Assembly: GCA_964418105.1 (NCBI GenBank)
Contig: CAYQKI010000001.1
Location: 8,892 to 59,747 of the forward strand
Length of the DNA stretch: 50,856 nt
Source of the DNA: an uncultured Methanotrichaceae archaeon
GTDB taxonomy: Archaea > Halobacteriota > Methanosarcinia > Methanotrichales > Methanotrichaceae
Direction: 5' to 3'
The notes beneath the pieces are model-generated. The model was not told the DNA's origin. It worked only from the letters and a program-made list of their open reading frames with translations, and made no database searches. Positions 9,592 to 20,243 of the stretch are shown here, in pieces (within the stretch, counting starts at the first letter, position 1; each line of letters opens with the position of its first letter). A program made the position numbers and the translations under genes.

Positions 9592-10854
9592 ATGAAAGAC
9601 GCAAATCGGCATGCAAAGAATGTGGCAGAGAAAGAGCATTCGATGGGGCGTAGCCTGCCGCGCGCCTTTCATGTCATGGCCAAGCCGTCAGGTTCAGCCT
9701 GCAATCTTCGATGCGAATACTGCTTCTTTCTAAAAAAGGAGAAGCTTTATCCAAATAGCAATTTTCGCATGTCTGATGAGGTGCATGAGGCTTATATCAA
9801 GCAGCTTCTCTCTGCCCACCAGGTCCCCCAGATTACTGTAGCATGGCAGGGGGGCGAGCCGACGCTCATGGGGCTGGATTTCTTCCGCCGGTCCCTGGAA
9901 CTGCAGAAAAAGCATAAGAAGACCGGCACCCGAATCGAGAATACATTTCAGACCAACGGCGTCCTCCTCAATGATGATTGGTGCCGCTTTTTCCATGATA
10001 ACAGCTTCCTGGTCGGCCTGAGCATGGACGGCCCCCAGGAGCTTCATGACCATTACAGGAAGGACAGAGGAGGACATGGGACCTTTGAACGGGTCATGAG
10101 GGCCGCCAGACTGCTCAAGGAGCATGAGGTGGAGTTTAACATTCTCTGCACAGTCAACCGCAGGAATGCCGATCACCCCCTGAGGGTTTACAGGTTCTTC
10201 CGGGATGAACTGCAGGCACAGTACCTCCAATTCATTCCCGTGGTGGAGAGGGACAACGAGAGCGGATTTCAGGAGGGATGCAAAGTCACAGACCGGTCCG
10301 TCCGCCCTGAGCAGTGGGGACGCTTCCTGATAGAGATCTTTGACGAGTGGGTGAGGCGGGATATTGGCCGGACGTTCGTCCTGAACTTTGACGGGGCGCT
10401 GGCAGGCTGGCTGGGACTGGCAGGGACTGTCTGCATATTCGGGCCTACCTGCGGCGAAGGGATGGCTCTGGAGCACAACGGCGACCTGTATTCCTGCGAC
10501 CACTTCGTCGAGCCCAATTACTATCTGGGAAATATACTGGATAGGCCTCTAATCGACCTCGCCGCCTCGGAGGAGCAGCGCCGGTTTGGGCAGGACAAGA
10601 GAGATTCTCTGCCCGGTTACTGCAAAAATTGCCGGTTTTTAGCCATATGCAATGGCGAATGCCCAAAGAACCGATTGCTAGAAACCCCTGATGGAGAATC
10701 AGGGCTGAATTATCTGTGTGAAGGATACAGGGCTTTCTTCTCACATGCAGACAGGCCCATGCGAATCATGGCCGAACTCTTGCGCCGGGGCAGAGATGCC
10801 GGTGAAGTCATGTTGATACTGGAAGAAGAAAAAGGAGGTGAGAGGGCAAGCTAA
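9592..10854 (+). CDS. Anaerobic sulfatase maturase (anSME, radical SAM/SPASM)
   Basis: MAKPSGSACNLRCEYC, WQGGEPTL, YSCDHFV, CxxC..CNGECPKNR, NYLCEGY; alternative start 9643. Confidence 0.95.
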   Translation: MKDANRHAKNVAEKEHSMGRSLPRAFHVMAKPSGSACNLRCEYCFFLKKEKLYPNSNFRMSDEVHEAYIKQLLSAHQVPQITVAWQGGEPTLMGLDFFRRSLELQKKHKKTGTRIENTFQTNGVLLNDDWCRFFHDNSFLVGLSMDGPQELHDHYRKDRGGHGTFERVMRAARLLKEHEVEFNILCTVNRRNADHPLRVYRFFRDELQAQYLQFIPVVERDNESGFQEGCKVTDRSVRPEQWGRFLIEIFDEWVRRDIGRTFVLNFDGALAGWLGLAGTVCIFGPTCGEGMALEHNGDLYSCDHFVEPNYYLGNILDRPLIDLAASEEQRRFGQDKRDSLPGYCKNCRFLAICNGECPKNRLLETPDGESGLNYLCEGYRAFFSHADRPMRIMAELLRRGRDAGEVMLILEEEKGGERAS

Positions 10855-10958
10855 CGAAAACAGGCAAAATGAACTATTCGTTTCTTAATCAAAAGTTCAA
10901 TGTTAATTTATGAAGTATTATTCAATAAACAATGTACATTAAGTTGGAGATAGAGACA

Positions 10959-12449
10959 ATGTCAGAAAGTAAACCAAACATTCTCATCCTTTGGGGAGAT
11001 GACATCGGCTGGTGGAACATCAGCTATAATAGTCGAGGCCAGATGGGCTACCGGACGCCCAACATCGACCGCATTGGCAATGAAGGCATCGCTTTTACCG
11101 ATTATTACGGCCAGCAGAGCTGCACAGCCGGGCGGGCTGCCTTCATCACCGGCCAAAATCCCATCCGCACCGGCCTGACCAAGGTCGGAGTGCCCGGCGC
11201 CGATGTCGGCCTGTCGGAGCAGGACCCAACCATCGCCGAACTCCTAAAACCCCAGGGCTACTCCACCGGCCAGTTCGGCAAAAATCATCTGGGCGACAAG
11301 GACCAGTTCCTGCCCACGATGCACGGATTTGACGAATTTTTCGGCAATCTCTATCACCTCAATGCCGAAGAGGAGCCGGAAGATCCCGATTACCCCAAAG
11401 ACCCGGCCTTCAAGAAGAGATTTGGGCCGAGGGGCGTCCTGCATAGCTGGTCGGACGGCAAGGGAGGGCAAAAGATCGTGGACACAGGCCCCCTCACCAG
11501 GAAACGGATGGAGACCATCGATGATGAGGTGACTGATGCCGCCCTTGACTTCATCGACAGGACCCATAAAGAAGGAAAGCCCTTCTTCATGTGGTATAAC
11601 ACCACTGCCATGCACCTCAGAACTCACTGTGCCAAGAAGCACGAGGGCAAGAGCGGTCAGGGGTTCTATAATGATGTCATGGTCGCCCATGATGAGAACA
11701 TCGGCAGGATGCTCAAAAAGCTGGATGACCTGGGAATTGCCGACAACACCATTGTCATGTATTCGACGGATAATGGGCCGCATTATAATAGCTGGCCTGA
11801 TGCCGGGATCACACCATTCAGGTCTGAGAAGAATACGAACTGGGAAGGCGGATGGCGCGTGCCGGCGTTCCTGCGCTGGCCGGCAAAGTTCAGGGCGGGG
11901 ACAGTACTCAACGGCATCGTCTGCCATCAGGACATTCTTCCCACGCTGCTGGCAGCCGCTGGGGAGCCGAACATCAAGGACAAGCTCCTGCAAGGCCACA
12001 GGGCTGGGGAGAAGACCTACAGGGTCCATATTGACGGGGAGAATATGCTCCCCTATCTGATGGGGGAGGCTACTGACAGTCCCAGAAAGAAATTCGCCTA
12101 CTTCAGCGACGACGGCGACCTGTTGGCGCTACGCCTGGGCGACTGGAAGGTCGTGCTGATGGAGCAGCGGGCCAAGACGATGCAATGCTGGATTGAGCCT
12201 TTCGTGCCCTTGCGGGGGCCGAAGATGTTCAACCTGCGGCGCGACCCCTTCGAGAGGGCTGACGAGAACTCGAACACCTACCATGATTGGTGTCTATCAC
12301 ACATGTACATAATCTACGGGATGCAAGCGATTGTGGCGAAGGATATCGAAAGTTTCATAGAGTTCCCCCCGCGCCAGAGGCCCGCCTCATTCAATCTGGA
12401 CGCAGTGATGCGTCAGTTGGAGGAGGTTTCAAGCAGCAAAGGGCATTGA
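10959..12449 (+). CDS. Arylsulfatase (Cys-type, CTAGR), cytoplasmic
   Basis: KPNILILWGDDIG, QSCTAGRAAFITG, GKNHLG, TDNG; no signal peptide. Confidence 0.95.
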   Translation: MSESKPNILILWGDDIGWWNISYNSRGQMGYRTPNIDRIGNEGIAFTDYYGQQSCTAGRAAFITGQNPIRTGLTKVGVPGADVGLSEQDPTIAELLKPQGYSTGQFGKNHLGDKDQFLPTMHGFDEFFGNLYHLNAEEEPEDPDYPKDPAFKKRFGPRGVLHSWSDGKGGQKIVDTGPLTRKRMETIDDEVTDAALDFIDRTHKEGKPFFMWYNTTAMHLRTHCAKKHEGKSGQGFYNDVMVAHDENIGRMLKKLDDLGIADNTIVMYSTDNGPHYNSWPDAGITPFRSEKNTNWEGGWRVPAFLRWPAKFRAGTVLNGIVCHQDILPTLLAAAGEPNIKDKLLQGHRAGEKTYRVHIDGENMLPYLMGEATDSPRKKFAYFSDDGDLLALRLGDWKVVLMEQRAKTMQCWIEPFVPLRGPKMFNLRRDPFERADENSNTYHDWCLSHMYIIYGMQAIVAKDIESFIEFPPRQRPASFNLDAVMRQLEEVSSSKGH

Positions 12450-12538
12450 GCGTGTTCGGAGACATTGTTTCATGGAAAGGAGGTTAAAACAATGAATACT
12501 CAAAAAAATATAAAAAAATTTCATGAAGGTGGTTTCTA

Positions 12539-14887
12539 ATGGCACTCAAAGAGTATAAGCCAGGGATGGCGTTTACGGGGGTCGTCGGGCGTACGGTGGA
12601 CGTTTCACAGCCCGCCTGGCCTCAGCCGCTCCGCGCCAAAGAGGGCGCTCCGAACGTCCTGTTCATCGTCCAGGACGACACGGGTTTCGGACAGATGGGC
12701 TGCTACGGCAGCCCCATCGAGACGCCGAACATCGACAACCTGGCCAAAAACGGACTGCGCTTTTGCAACATGCACACCACGGCACTGTGTTCGCCGACCC
12801 GCTCCTGCATCCTGACGGGCAGAAACCATCATTCCAATGCCATGTCCTGCATCACCGAAGGTTCGACTGGCTTTCCCGGGAGCAACGGTTACATCCCGTT
12901 CGAGAACGGCTTTCTGTCGGAGATCCTACTCCAGCACGGCTACAACACCTTTGCCCTGGGCAAGTGGCATCTCACCCCGGCCACCGAGTTTACCGGGGCG
13001 GGGCCCTACGACCGCTGGCCGCTGGGCCGCGGTTTCGAGCGGTTCTACGGTTTCCTGGGCGCCGACACCCATCAGTACTACCCGGATTTGACCTACGACA
13101 ACCACTCGGTACAGCCGCCCAAGACGCCGGAGGAAGGCTATCACTTCACAGAAGATATCACAGACAGGGCGATCAGCTTCATCGCCGACTCGAAGCAGAA
13201 TGCGCCGAACAAGCCCTTCTTCATGTACTTCTGTCCGGGTGCCGGACACGCGCCCCACCATGTGCCCAGGGAGTGGGTGGATAGGTACAAAGGCAAATTC
13301 GACATGGGCTGGGACAGGTACAGGGAGATGGTCTTCGAACGCCAAAAGGAACTGGGCATAGTCCCCCGAAACGCCGAGCTCTCCCGCCACGATCCCGACG
13401 TCAAGCCCTGGGACGAGTGCTCAGACGATGAGAAGAAGGTCTATGCCCGGATGATGGAGGTCTTCGCAGGCTTCCTCTCCCACACAGACTATCACTACGG
13501 CCGCCTCTTTGCCTTCCTCAAGGAGATCGGCGAGTGGGACAACACGATCATCATGTTCATCTCCGATAACGGCGCCAGCGCCGAGGGTGGCCCGGCCGGA
13601 TCGGTCAACGAGAACCTCTTCTTCAATTCCGTCCCTGAATCCCTGGAAGACAATTTGAAGGCCATGCCTGAGCTGGGGGGCCCCAAATACTACAACCATT
13701 ATCCCTGGGGCTGGACCTGGGCCGGCAACACGCCCTTCCGCCGCTGGAAGCGGGAGACCTACCGGGGCGGCATCAGCGATCCGTTCATCGTCCATTGGCC
13801 TAAAGGAATTAGGGCCAAGGGCGAGGTCCGGACGCAATACGCGCATGCCATCGACATGGTCCCGACGGTGCTGGAGCTTCTGGGGATCGAGCCCCCGGCG
13901 AAGATCCGGGGCGTCACTCAGTCGCCGATCGAGGGCCTGAGCTTAGCCCATGCCCTCGACAATGCCCAGGCGCCGACCAAGCACGTCACCCAGTACTTCG
14001 AGATGATGGGCCATCGTTCCATTTATCATGACGGCTGGCGGGCCGTCTGCCCGTGGCCGGGGCCCTCGTTCCTCGAGGCCGGAAAGCCGTTGGGCGAGCC
14101 CATCCCCGCCGCCACCCTCACCGAGCTCGACGCGAACCATTGGGAGCTTTATCACATCGCCGAGGACTTCGCCGAGAACCACAACGTGGCCGCGGAGAAC
14201 AAGGCCAAGTTGATCGAAATGGTGGCCCAGTGGTATGTCGAGGCGGGCAAGTACAATGTTTTGCCCGTAGACGGCCGTGTCATGCTGCGCGCCATGGAGG
14301 AGCGCCCCCGGATCGCGGTCGACCGCACGAGCTACACCTTCTACCCGAACACGCAGCCGATGGCCTCGGCGGTCAGAACATTTAACCGGCCGCACAGCAT
14401 CACGGCCGACGTCGAGATCCCCCAGGCAGGCGCCGAAGGCGTGCTGCTTTCGCAAGGCGGCGTCGATGGCGGCTTTTCTTTCTACGTCAAGGACGGGAAG
14501 CTGTGCTATGTCCACAACTACGTCGGGAAGGAGATCATGATCGCCCGGTCCAGGGACAATGTGTCGGCGGGACGCCATGAGCTGAGGTTCGAGTTCGAGC
14601 CGACGGGAAAGCCGGATATCCGGGCCGGCAAAGGGTCGCCCGGCCGGGCCCAGCTCTATATCGACAAGAAACTGGTGGGGCAGATCGAGATGGCCGTCAC
14701 GACCCCCATGGGGTACGGGCTGGGCGGAGGCCTGTCCGTCGGTCTGGACACGGGCTCGCCCGTCACCTCCGATTATAAGGCGCCGTTCCCGTTCACCGGC
14801 AAGCTCTACAAGGTCACTGTGGACGTCAGCGGCCAGTTGATCGAGGACGACGAGCTGACCATGAGGAAGATCATGGCCCGGCAATAA
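12539..14887 (+). CDS. Arylsulfatase (Cys-type, CSPTR) with C-terminal beta-sandwich extension, cytoplasmic
   Basis: PNVLFIVQDDTG, LCSPTRSCILTGRN, GKWHL, HAPH, SDNG. Confidence 0.95.
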   Translation: MALKEYKPGMAFTGVVGRTVDVSQPAWPQPLRAKEGAPNVLFIVQDDTGFGQMGCYGSPIETPNIDNLAKNGLRFCNMHTTALCSPTRSCILTGRNHHSNAMSCITEGSTGFPGSNGYIPFENGFLSEILLQHGYNTFALGKWHLTPATEFTGAGPYDRWPLGRGFERFYGFLGADTHQYYPDLTYDNHSVQPPKTPEEGYHFTEDITDRAISFIADSKQNAPNKPFFMYFCPGAGHAPHHVPREWVDRYKGKFDMGWDRYREMVFERQKELGIVPRNAELSRHDPDVKPWDECSDDEKKVYARMMEVFAGFLSHTDYHYGRLFAFLKEIGEWDNTIIMFISDNGASAEGGPAGSVNENLFFNSVPESLEDNLKAMPELGGPKYYNHYPWGWTWAGNTPFRRWKRETYRGGISDPFIVHWPKGIRAKGEVRTQYAHAIDMVPTVLELLGIEPPAKIRGVTQSPIEGLSLAHALDNAQAPTKHVTQYFEMMGHRSIYHDGWRAVCPWPGPSFLEAGKPLGEPIPAATLTELDANHWELYHIAEDFAENHNVAAENKAKLIEMVAQWYVEAGKYNVLPVDGRVMLRAMEERPRIAVDRTSYTFYPNTQPMASAVRTFNRPHSITADVEIPQAGAEGVLLSQGGVDGGFSFYVKDGKLCYVHNYVGKEIMIARSRDNVSAGRHELRFEFEPTGKPDIRAGKGSPGRAQLYIDKKLVGQIEMAVTTPMGYGLGGGLSVGLDTGSPVTSDYKAPFPFTGKLYKVTVDVSGQLIEDDELTMRKIMARQ

Positions 14888-14899
14888 ACCTGCTAATGC

Positions 14900-14926
14900 C
14901 GCCAGGAGGAGCGGCTCCCCCTGGCG
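14900..14926. other. GC-rich intergenic stem-loop between two sulfatase genes
   Basis: cgccagg-aggagc..gctcc-cctggcg inverted repeat. Confidence 0.5.
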
Positions 14927-14954
14927 ATATCTAAACGCTTTAAGGAGGATTCCT

Positions 14955-17327
14955 ATGAACGAACAAGACAGGATTCAAAGACAAGTCCTGCCCATTCCGG
15001 ACAGGCAGCATGTGGGCTTAACCACTTTCGACGCAAAAGATCCGGATACCAGATATCCGCCAATCAGGCCGCTGCGGCCACCCAAAGGTGCGCCCAACGT
15101 CCTGATCGTATTGATCGACGACGTGGGTTTTGGCGCATCGAGCGCATTTGGCGGCCCGTGCCGGACGCCTACCGCAGAGCGCCTGGCCGCAGGAGGGCTG
15201 CGCTACAACCGCTTCCATACCTGTGCGCTCTGCTCGCCAACTCGACAGGCTCTGCTCACCGGGCGCAATCACCACACTGTGGGCATGGGAGGCATAACCG
15301 AAATGGCCACCTCGGCACCGGGCAACTGCTCAATCCGTCCCCTGAACTGCGCCCCTCTGGCCGAGACCCTCAAGCTGAATGGGTATGCCACTGCCCAGTT
15401 TGGCAAGTGCCACGAAGTGCCGCCCTGGGAGACCAGCCCGGCGGGCCCGTATGACAGATGGCCCACCGGCAGCGGCTTCGAATATTTCTATGGTTTCATC
15501 TGCGCCGAGACCAACCAATACTACCCTTCCATCTATCAAGGCACCACGCCCGTAGAGCCCGATAAAACACCTGAAGAGGGCTATCACTTCACCGAAGACC
15601 TGGCCAACAAGGCCATCAAATGGGTGCGCAGGCAAAAGTCGCTCATGCCCGATAAGCCCTTTTTCATGTACTTCGCCCCGGGGGCGACGCATGCCCCTCA
15701 CCAGGTGTCCAGGGAATGGTCGGATAGATACAGGGGCAGGTTCGATGGAGGATGGGACAGGCTGAGAGAAGAGACGTTTGCCAGGCAGAAGGAGCTGGGC
15801 ATCATCCCGGAAGATTGCGATCTCACGGCACGCCACCCGGAGATCCCGGCATGGGACGAGATGCTCGATGACCTCAAGCCGGTCCTGGCCCGTCAGATGG
15901 AGATATATGCCGGATTTCTGGAGCACACCGATTTCCAGGTCGGGCGTCTTATTGACGCTCTGGCAGATCTGGAAATACTCGACGATACCCTCATTTACTA
16001 CATCATCGGCGACAACGGGGCCTCGGCGGAAGGGACGGTTCAGGGCACGTTCAATGAGATGCTGCCCCTCAACGGCCTGGCCGAGCTGGAGACTCCGGAA
16101 TTCTTAAAGAAGAACATCGACAAGTTCGGCACACCTGAGGCATACAACCACTACGCTGTAGGCTGGGCACACGCCATGGATACCCCCTACCAGTGGACCA
16201 AACAGATCGCCTCTCACTGGGGCGGAACGCGCAACGGCACCATTGTCCACTGGCCGGGAGGCATCAGTGCCAGGGGCGAAATCCGCTCCCAGTTCCACCA
16301 TGTGATCGATGTGGCCCCGACCATACTGGAAGCGGCGGGCCTCCCCGAACCGGCTTTTGTCAAGGGCATCCAGCAAAAGCCGTACGAGGGTGTGAGCATG
16401 CTCTACTCCTTCCATGACGGCAAAGCCGCCGAACGGCATGAGACCCAGTACTTCGAGATCATCGGCAACCGGGGAATATATCATAAGGGCTGGACGGCTG
16501 TCACCAAACACCGCACTCCCTGGGAGACCGGTGCGATCAAGACCGTTCCCTTTGATGAGGATGTCTGGGAGCTATACGACACGAAGGCAGATTGGACGCA
16601 GGCCCACGACCTCTCTAAAGAAATGCCCGATAAATTGCACGAACTGCAGAGGCTCTGGCTGATCGAGGCGGTCAAGTACAATGTCCTGCCCCTCGACGAC
16701 CGTCTCAGCGAGCGTTTTCTTCCGGATATCTCCGGTCGGCCGCAACTGGTGCAGGGCAACCGGCAGCTCCTCTTCGGAGGCATGACCGGCCTGTCACCGC
16801 ACTCGATATTGCCCGTCATGAACAAAACCCACGCTCTGACCGCCGAGGTGGTTGTGCCCGAAACAGGAGCCGAAGGGGTGATATTCGCCCAGGGAGGCAT
16901 CACCGGCGGATTCAGCTTCTATGCCATAGGGGGACGGCTCAAGTATTGCTATAACTTCTGCGGTCTGCAGCATTTCTTTGTGGAAGCGGACCGGGCGATA
17001 CCTGCCGGCAAGCATCAGGTGAGGATGGAGTTCGCCTATGACGGTGGCGGCCTGGCCAGGGGCGGCACGGTGACCCTCTATATCGACGGCCAGAGTGTGG
17101 GCAGCGGCCGCATCGATAGGACGGAGCCCTTTGCCTTCTCTGCCGATGAGACGGTTGACGTGGGAATGGAAGCAGGCTCACCCGTGTCGCCGGACTATGG
17201 CCCGAAAGCAAACGCATTCACCGGCGAGATCAACTGGGTGGAGATAGATGTGGACAAGGAGGCTATAGATCAGGACCATATCCTCACAGGCGAAGAGCGA
17301 TTCCGGATAGCTCTGGCGCTGCAGTAA
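14955..17327 (+). CDS. Arylsulfatase (Cys-type, CSPTR), cytoplasmic, paralog of the upstream gene
   Basis: SD aaggagg; PNVLIVLIDDVG, LCSPTRQALLTGRN, HAPH, GDNG. Confidence 0.95.
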   Translation: MNEQDRIQRQVLPIPDRQHVGLTTFDAKDPDTRYPPIRPLRPPKGAPNVLIVLIDDVGFGASSAFGGPCRTPTAERLAAGGLRYNRFHTCALCSPTRQALLTGRNHHTVGMGGITEMATSAPGNCSIRPLNCAPLAETLKLNGYATAQFGKCHEVPPWETSPAGPYDRWPTGSGFEYFYGFICAETNQYYPSIYQGTTPVEPDKTPEEGYHFTEDLANKAIKWVRRQKSLMPDKPFFMYFAPGATHAPHQVSREWSDRYRGRFDGGWDRLREETFARQKELGIIPEDCDLTARHPEIPAWDEMLDDLKPVLARQMEIYAGFLEHTDFQVGRLIDALADLEILDDTLIYYIIGDNGASAEGTVQGTFNEMLPLNGLAELETPEFLKKNIDKFGTPEAYNHYAVGWAHAMDTPYQWTKQIASHWGGTRNGTIVHWPGGISARGEIRSQFHHVIDVAPTILEAAGLPEPAFVKGIQQKPYEGVSMLYSFHDGKAAERHETQYFEIIGNRGIYHKGWTAVTKHRTPWETGAIKTVPFDEDVWELYDTKADWTQAHDLSKEMPDKLHELQRLWLIEAVKYNVLPLDDRLSERFLPDISGRPQLVQGNRQLLFGGMTGLSPHSILPVMNKTHALTAEVVVPETGAEGVIFAQGGITGGFSFYAIGGRLKYCYNFCGLQHFFVEADRAIPAGKHQVRMEFAYDGGGLARGGTVTLYIDGQSVGSGRIDRTEPFAFSADETVDVGMEAGSPVSPDYGPKANAFTGEINWVEIDVDKEAIDQDHILTGEERFRIALALQ

Positions 17328-17346
17328 ACGCATTTTCGCAAGGGTT

Positions 17347-17396
17347 AACGGTGAACTGGCAGGGCAAAGGCGAGATTGCCTTGCCAGTGAGCCGTT
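17347..17396 (+). terminator. Long stem-loop after the sulfatase operon
   Basis: actggcagggcaa (17355-17367) pairs with ttgccttgccagt (17376-17388), extended by aacgg/ccgtt; no clear U-tract. Confidence 0.45.
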
Positions 17397-17615
17397 GATC
17401 TCCAAGGCAAATGGCCATATGTTATAAATACGATTACTTCATCATTAATTAACTCAAAATAGGCGTATTGCCTTTATTGGGCTTCAGAAGAACAAAAGTC
17501 TCCAGCATCCATTCGCAGGTGATGACCATTACGCTGATAGAACAACCGGGAATATCGACGGCTATCAAGTCCGTGGCACTTAAACGCTTTTTCGGGAGAA
17601 TAGGAGGATGACGAA

Positions 17616-18617
17616 TTGAAAATTGCATTTGTCTGTCTTGCTCTCGTCTTGATCTCAACGCCGGCATGGTCCATGGACAACTATTGGGATAGCTTCGGCT
17701 CACCGCAATTGGAGGCAAGCCTTGCCGGCGCTAACGAGTTCGACCGGGGAGACACAGTCAAGCTCAAAGTGGATCTCAGCAATTATGGCCGGATAATAGG
17801 ACTGGATGCAGACAAGAAGGCGGATTCCGAGATGGAAGAGAAGCTTTCCGACAGGGAGTTTGAATATGAGCAGGCAATTCCCACTGCACTTAACATCACT
17901 GCCACACTTCGATCCGGTACAGACCTGATAGATGTCCAGTCTGATAGACAGTTAGTACAGGCCTTAAAATCAGGAAATAAGATAAAAAAGCCGCTGGATT
18001 TTACTGTAGAGATAGCGGGAGACGCGCCTGCCGGAATATATCCAATGTCTCTTGAATTGACTTATGACTACCAGAACAACGTGGAAGTTGATGCAGAAGA
18101 GCTGGATGCCAAAGCCGGTTTGAAAGGATTTCAGGTCGCTTACTCCTACCAGAAGGCCAACCAGACATTTGACATCCCCCTGAAGATCAGGAGCCAGGCG
18201 GACTTCGATATAGTGAGCAGTGATGCCAATCTATCGGTTGGCGAAGAGGATGGCGAAGTATCGGTTGTCTATATGAACACCGGTGAGGTGGCTGCAAGGG
18301 ATGCTGCTGCTATTTTGAGCATCTCCAATCCCTTCTCGTCCACTGATGATCAGGCATTTATCGGAACTGTGCAGCCGGGTGAGAATAAGACGGTCGTCTT
18401 CAGGATAGACGTAGACTCTGATGCCACGGCCAAAGATTATGTCATAAGCAGCGAGATTAGATTTACCGATGTGAGGGGAGACTCTGCCATCTCGGACAGC
18501 ATGAAGATTCCGGTGAATGTAGCAGATACAGCCACCAACACAACAGAGGTCATTATTGTGGCTCTGCTAATAGCTGCAGCATCTGGATTTTACATTTACA
18601 GAAGGAGGAGAGCATAG
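17616..18617 (+). CDS. COG1361 S-layer-domain family protein
   Basis: TTG start with ggagg SD, signal peptide, G.NEFDRGD, PFSSTDDQAFIG, C-terminal TM plus RRRR tail. Confidence 0.85.
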   Translation: MKIAFVCLALVLISTPAWSMDNYWDSFGSPQLEASLAGANEFDRGDTVKLKVDLSNYGRIIGLDADKKADSEMEEKLSDREFEYEQAIPTALNITATLRSGTDLIDVQSDRQLVQALKSGNKIKKPLDFTVEIAGDAPAGIYPMSLELTYDYQNNVEVDAEELDAKAGLKGFQVAYSYQKANQTFDIPLKIRSQADFDIVSSDANLSVGEEDGEVSVVYMNTGEVAARDAAAILSISNPFSSTDDQAFIGTVQPGENKTVVFRIDVDSDATAKDYVISSEIRFTDVRGDSAISDSMKIPVNVADTATNTTEVIIVALLIAAASGFYIYRRRRA

Positions 18618-18674
18618 AGTTGGCCTCTGCCGAATCAGGATCCTGGGCAAGCTGGAACATTTGGGTGTAGGAGG

Positions 18675-19727
18675 ATGGACGAATTGAAGAAAATAATCAT
18701 ATGTCTGACCCTTGTGCTGATGCTGGCATCTCCTTTGCCTGCAGGGGCTCAATTCATGCCATTGAGGTCTTCTGTTGAAAATTACTGGAATGTTATGGGA
18801 TCGCCTCAATTGGAGGCGAGTGTGATTGGCACAAACGAGTTTGAGAGGGGTGATAAGGCCATCCTTTATGTGGGCCTGACAAATGTCGGGCAGATAACCG
18901 GGTACGAACCTGACGAGAGGCCGGAGGACCAGAAGGAAGAGAAGTTAGCAGAGAGAGAATTTACTTTGGAGAAGGCCAAAACAGCCGCCTTTCCCATCAC
19001 CGGGATGCTCCGATCTGCCACCCAGTCCATCGAGATTCAGTCCGGTCCGCAGATTGTGGAGGGCCTGGCCAGCGGCTCGAAATCCAGTGATCCCATGGAG
19101 TTTGCCATCGAAATAGATAACGATGCTCCTGAGGGCAATTATACTCTGGCTCTTGACCTGTTTTATCTATGGCAGGAGAACACCGGTGTTGGTGCACAGG
19201 ATTATGAGCCCATATTGGGATTAATCGGATTTCGGCAATCCAGCCTGTTCGCGATGAAGATGCAATCAATCAACCTTTCTGTGGTGGTCAAGGGCAAGGC
19301 AGACTTTGAGGTTGTCAACGTTGATACAGATTTAAATGCAGGCCAGAGTGGAGGCACCGCCAGGATCACCTACAAGAACATGGGCAAAGAGACAGCCAAG
19401 GACGCCATTGCCAGGGTAAGTCTATTTATGCCCTTTTCCTCAGAAGATGATCAGGCCTTCCTGGGAACAATGAATCCGCAAGACGAGGCGACTGTGACAT
19501 TCAGGATCGACGTAAAGGACGGCGCGACAACTGGAAATTATAGCATCAATAGCGAGGTCAAGTATACCGACCTCAAAGGCAATAGCATCACGTCGGAGAG
19601 CGTAAGCATTCCGCTGAAGGTTGGACCCGCCAGACAATCTTACACAAGAATAGCGATCCTGGCGCTGATAGCATTGGCCGGGATAGGCATTTACATCTTC
19701 AAAAAGAAAAAGGAGCAATCGCACTAG
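18675..19727 (+). CDS. COG1361 S-layer-domain family protein (tandem paralog)
   Basis: NYW..GSPQLEAS..G.NEFERGD and PFSSEDDQAFLG shared with the upstream gene; C-terminal TM plus KKKK. Confidence 0.85.
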   Translation: MDELKKIIICLTLVLMLASPLPAGAQFMPLRSSVENYWNVMGSPQLEASVIGTNEFERGDKAILYVGLTNVGQITGYEPDERPEDQKEEKLAEREFTLEKAKTAAFPITGMLRSATQSIEIQSGPQIVEGLASGSKSSDPMEFAIEIDNDAPEGNYTLALDLFYLWQENTGVGAQDYEPILGLIGFRQSSLFAMKMQSINLSVVVKGKADFEVVNVDTDLNAGQSGGTARITYKNMGKETAKDAIARVSLFMPFSSEDDQAFLGTMNPQDEATVTFRIDVKDGATTGNYSINSEVKYTDLKGNSITSESVSIPLKVGPARQSYTRIAILALIALAGIGIYIFKKKKEQSH

Positions 19728-20101
19728 GCGATATTCACAGGGAATATCCTGCGCTCTTCCACGGTGGCGTTTTCCCAGGGCCGCAGCAGCAGCATGATCA
19801 CTTCTGTGCTGCCGCTCATCCTGGCCTTGAATGTGAAGTCAGTCTCTTCGGGAGCGCCCATCATCTCCGGTGCGGATTCTTCTGCAATATCAGAAGAGCC
19901 TTCCAGGCTCAAATAATCGGGATCGAAATTCGTCCACCATTCAAAGCCGGTTCCGGCATTGTATGGCAGAGATATGGTAAAATTTTCGCCTACGGTAGCA
20001 TTTATGGCTTCTTCGCAGGGCGCATTGTCGCAGATGCTGGCAGAGGCTGCTGCCATTAGCAGGAATGCAGCAGCCAGAATTACTTTTGTATATCTTTCCA
20101 T
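19724..20101 (-). CDS. Protease inhibitor I42 (chagasin) family, secreted
   Basis: Signal peptide; VGENFTISLPYNAGTGFEW and RPWE motifs. Confidence 0.85.
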   Translation of the reverse strand: MERYTKVILAAAFLLMAAASASICDNAPCEEAINATVGENFTISLPYNAGTGFEWWTNFDPDYLSLEGSSDIAEESAPEMMGAPEETDFTFKARMSGSTEVIMLLLRPWENATVEERRIFPVNIA

Positions 20102-20243
20102 CTGGAATTCCTCTATAGCCATTATAGCCTTATGATTACTTAATATTTACTGATCAAAAAACTCCGGTTAGATCAACTGAAATCCGGATTTAGGGCAAAT
20201 TCTTTATACAATGATGACTATAATCAATAATCAGGTGAGAATC

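Noticed and set aside
17519-17537. C box (GTGATGA) and CTGA as a C/D box sRNA
   Set aside because: Only 8 nt separate the boxes, and there is no second C'/D pair or terminal stem
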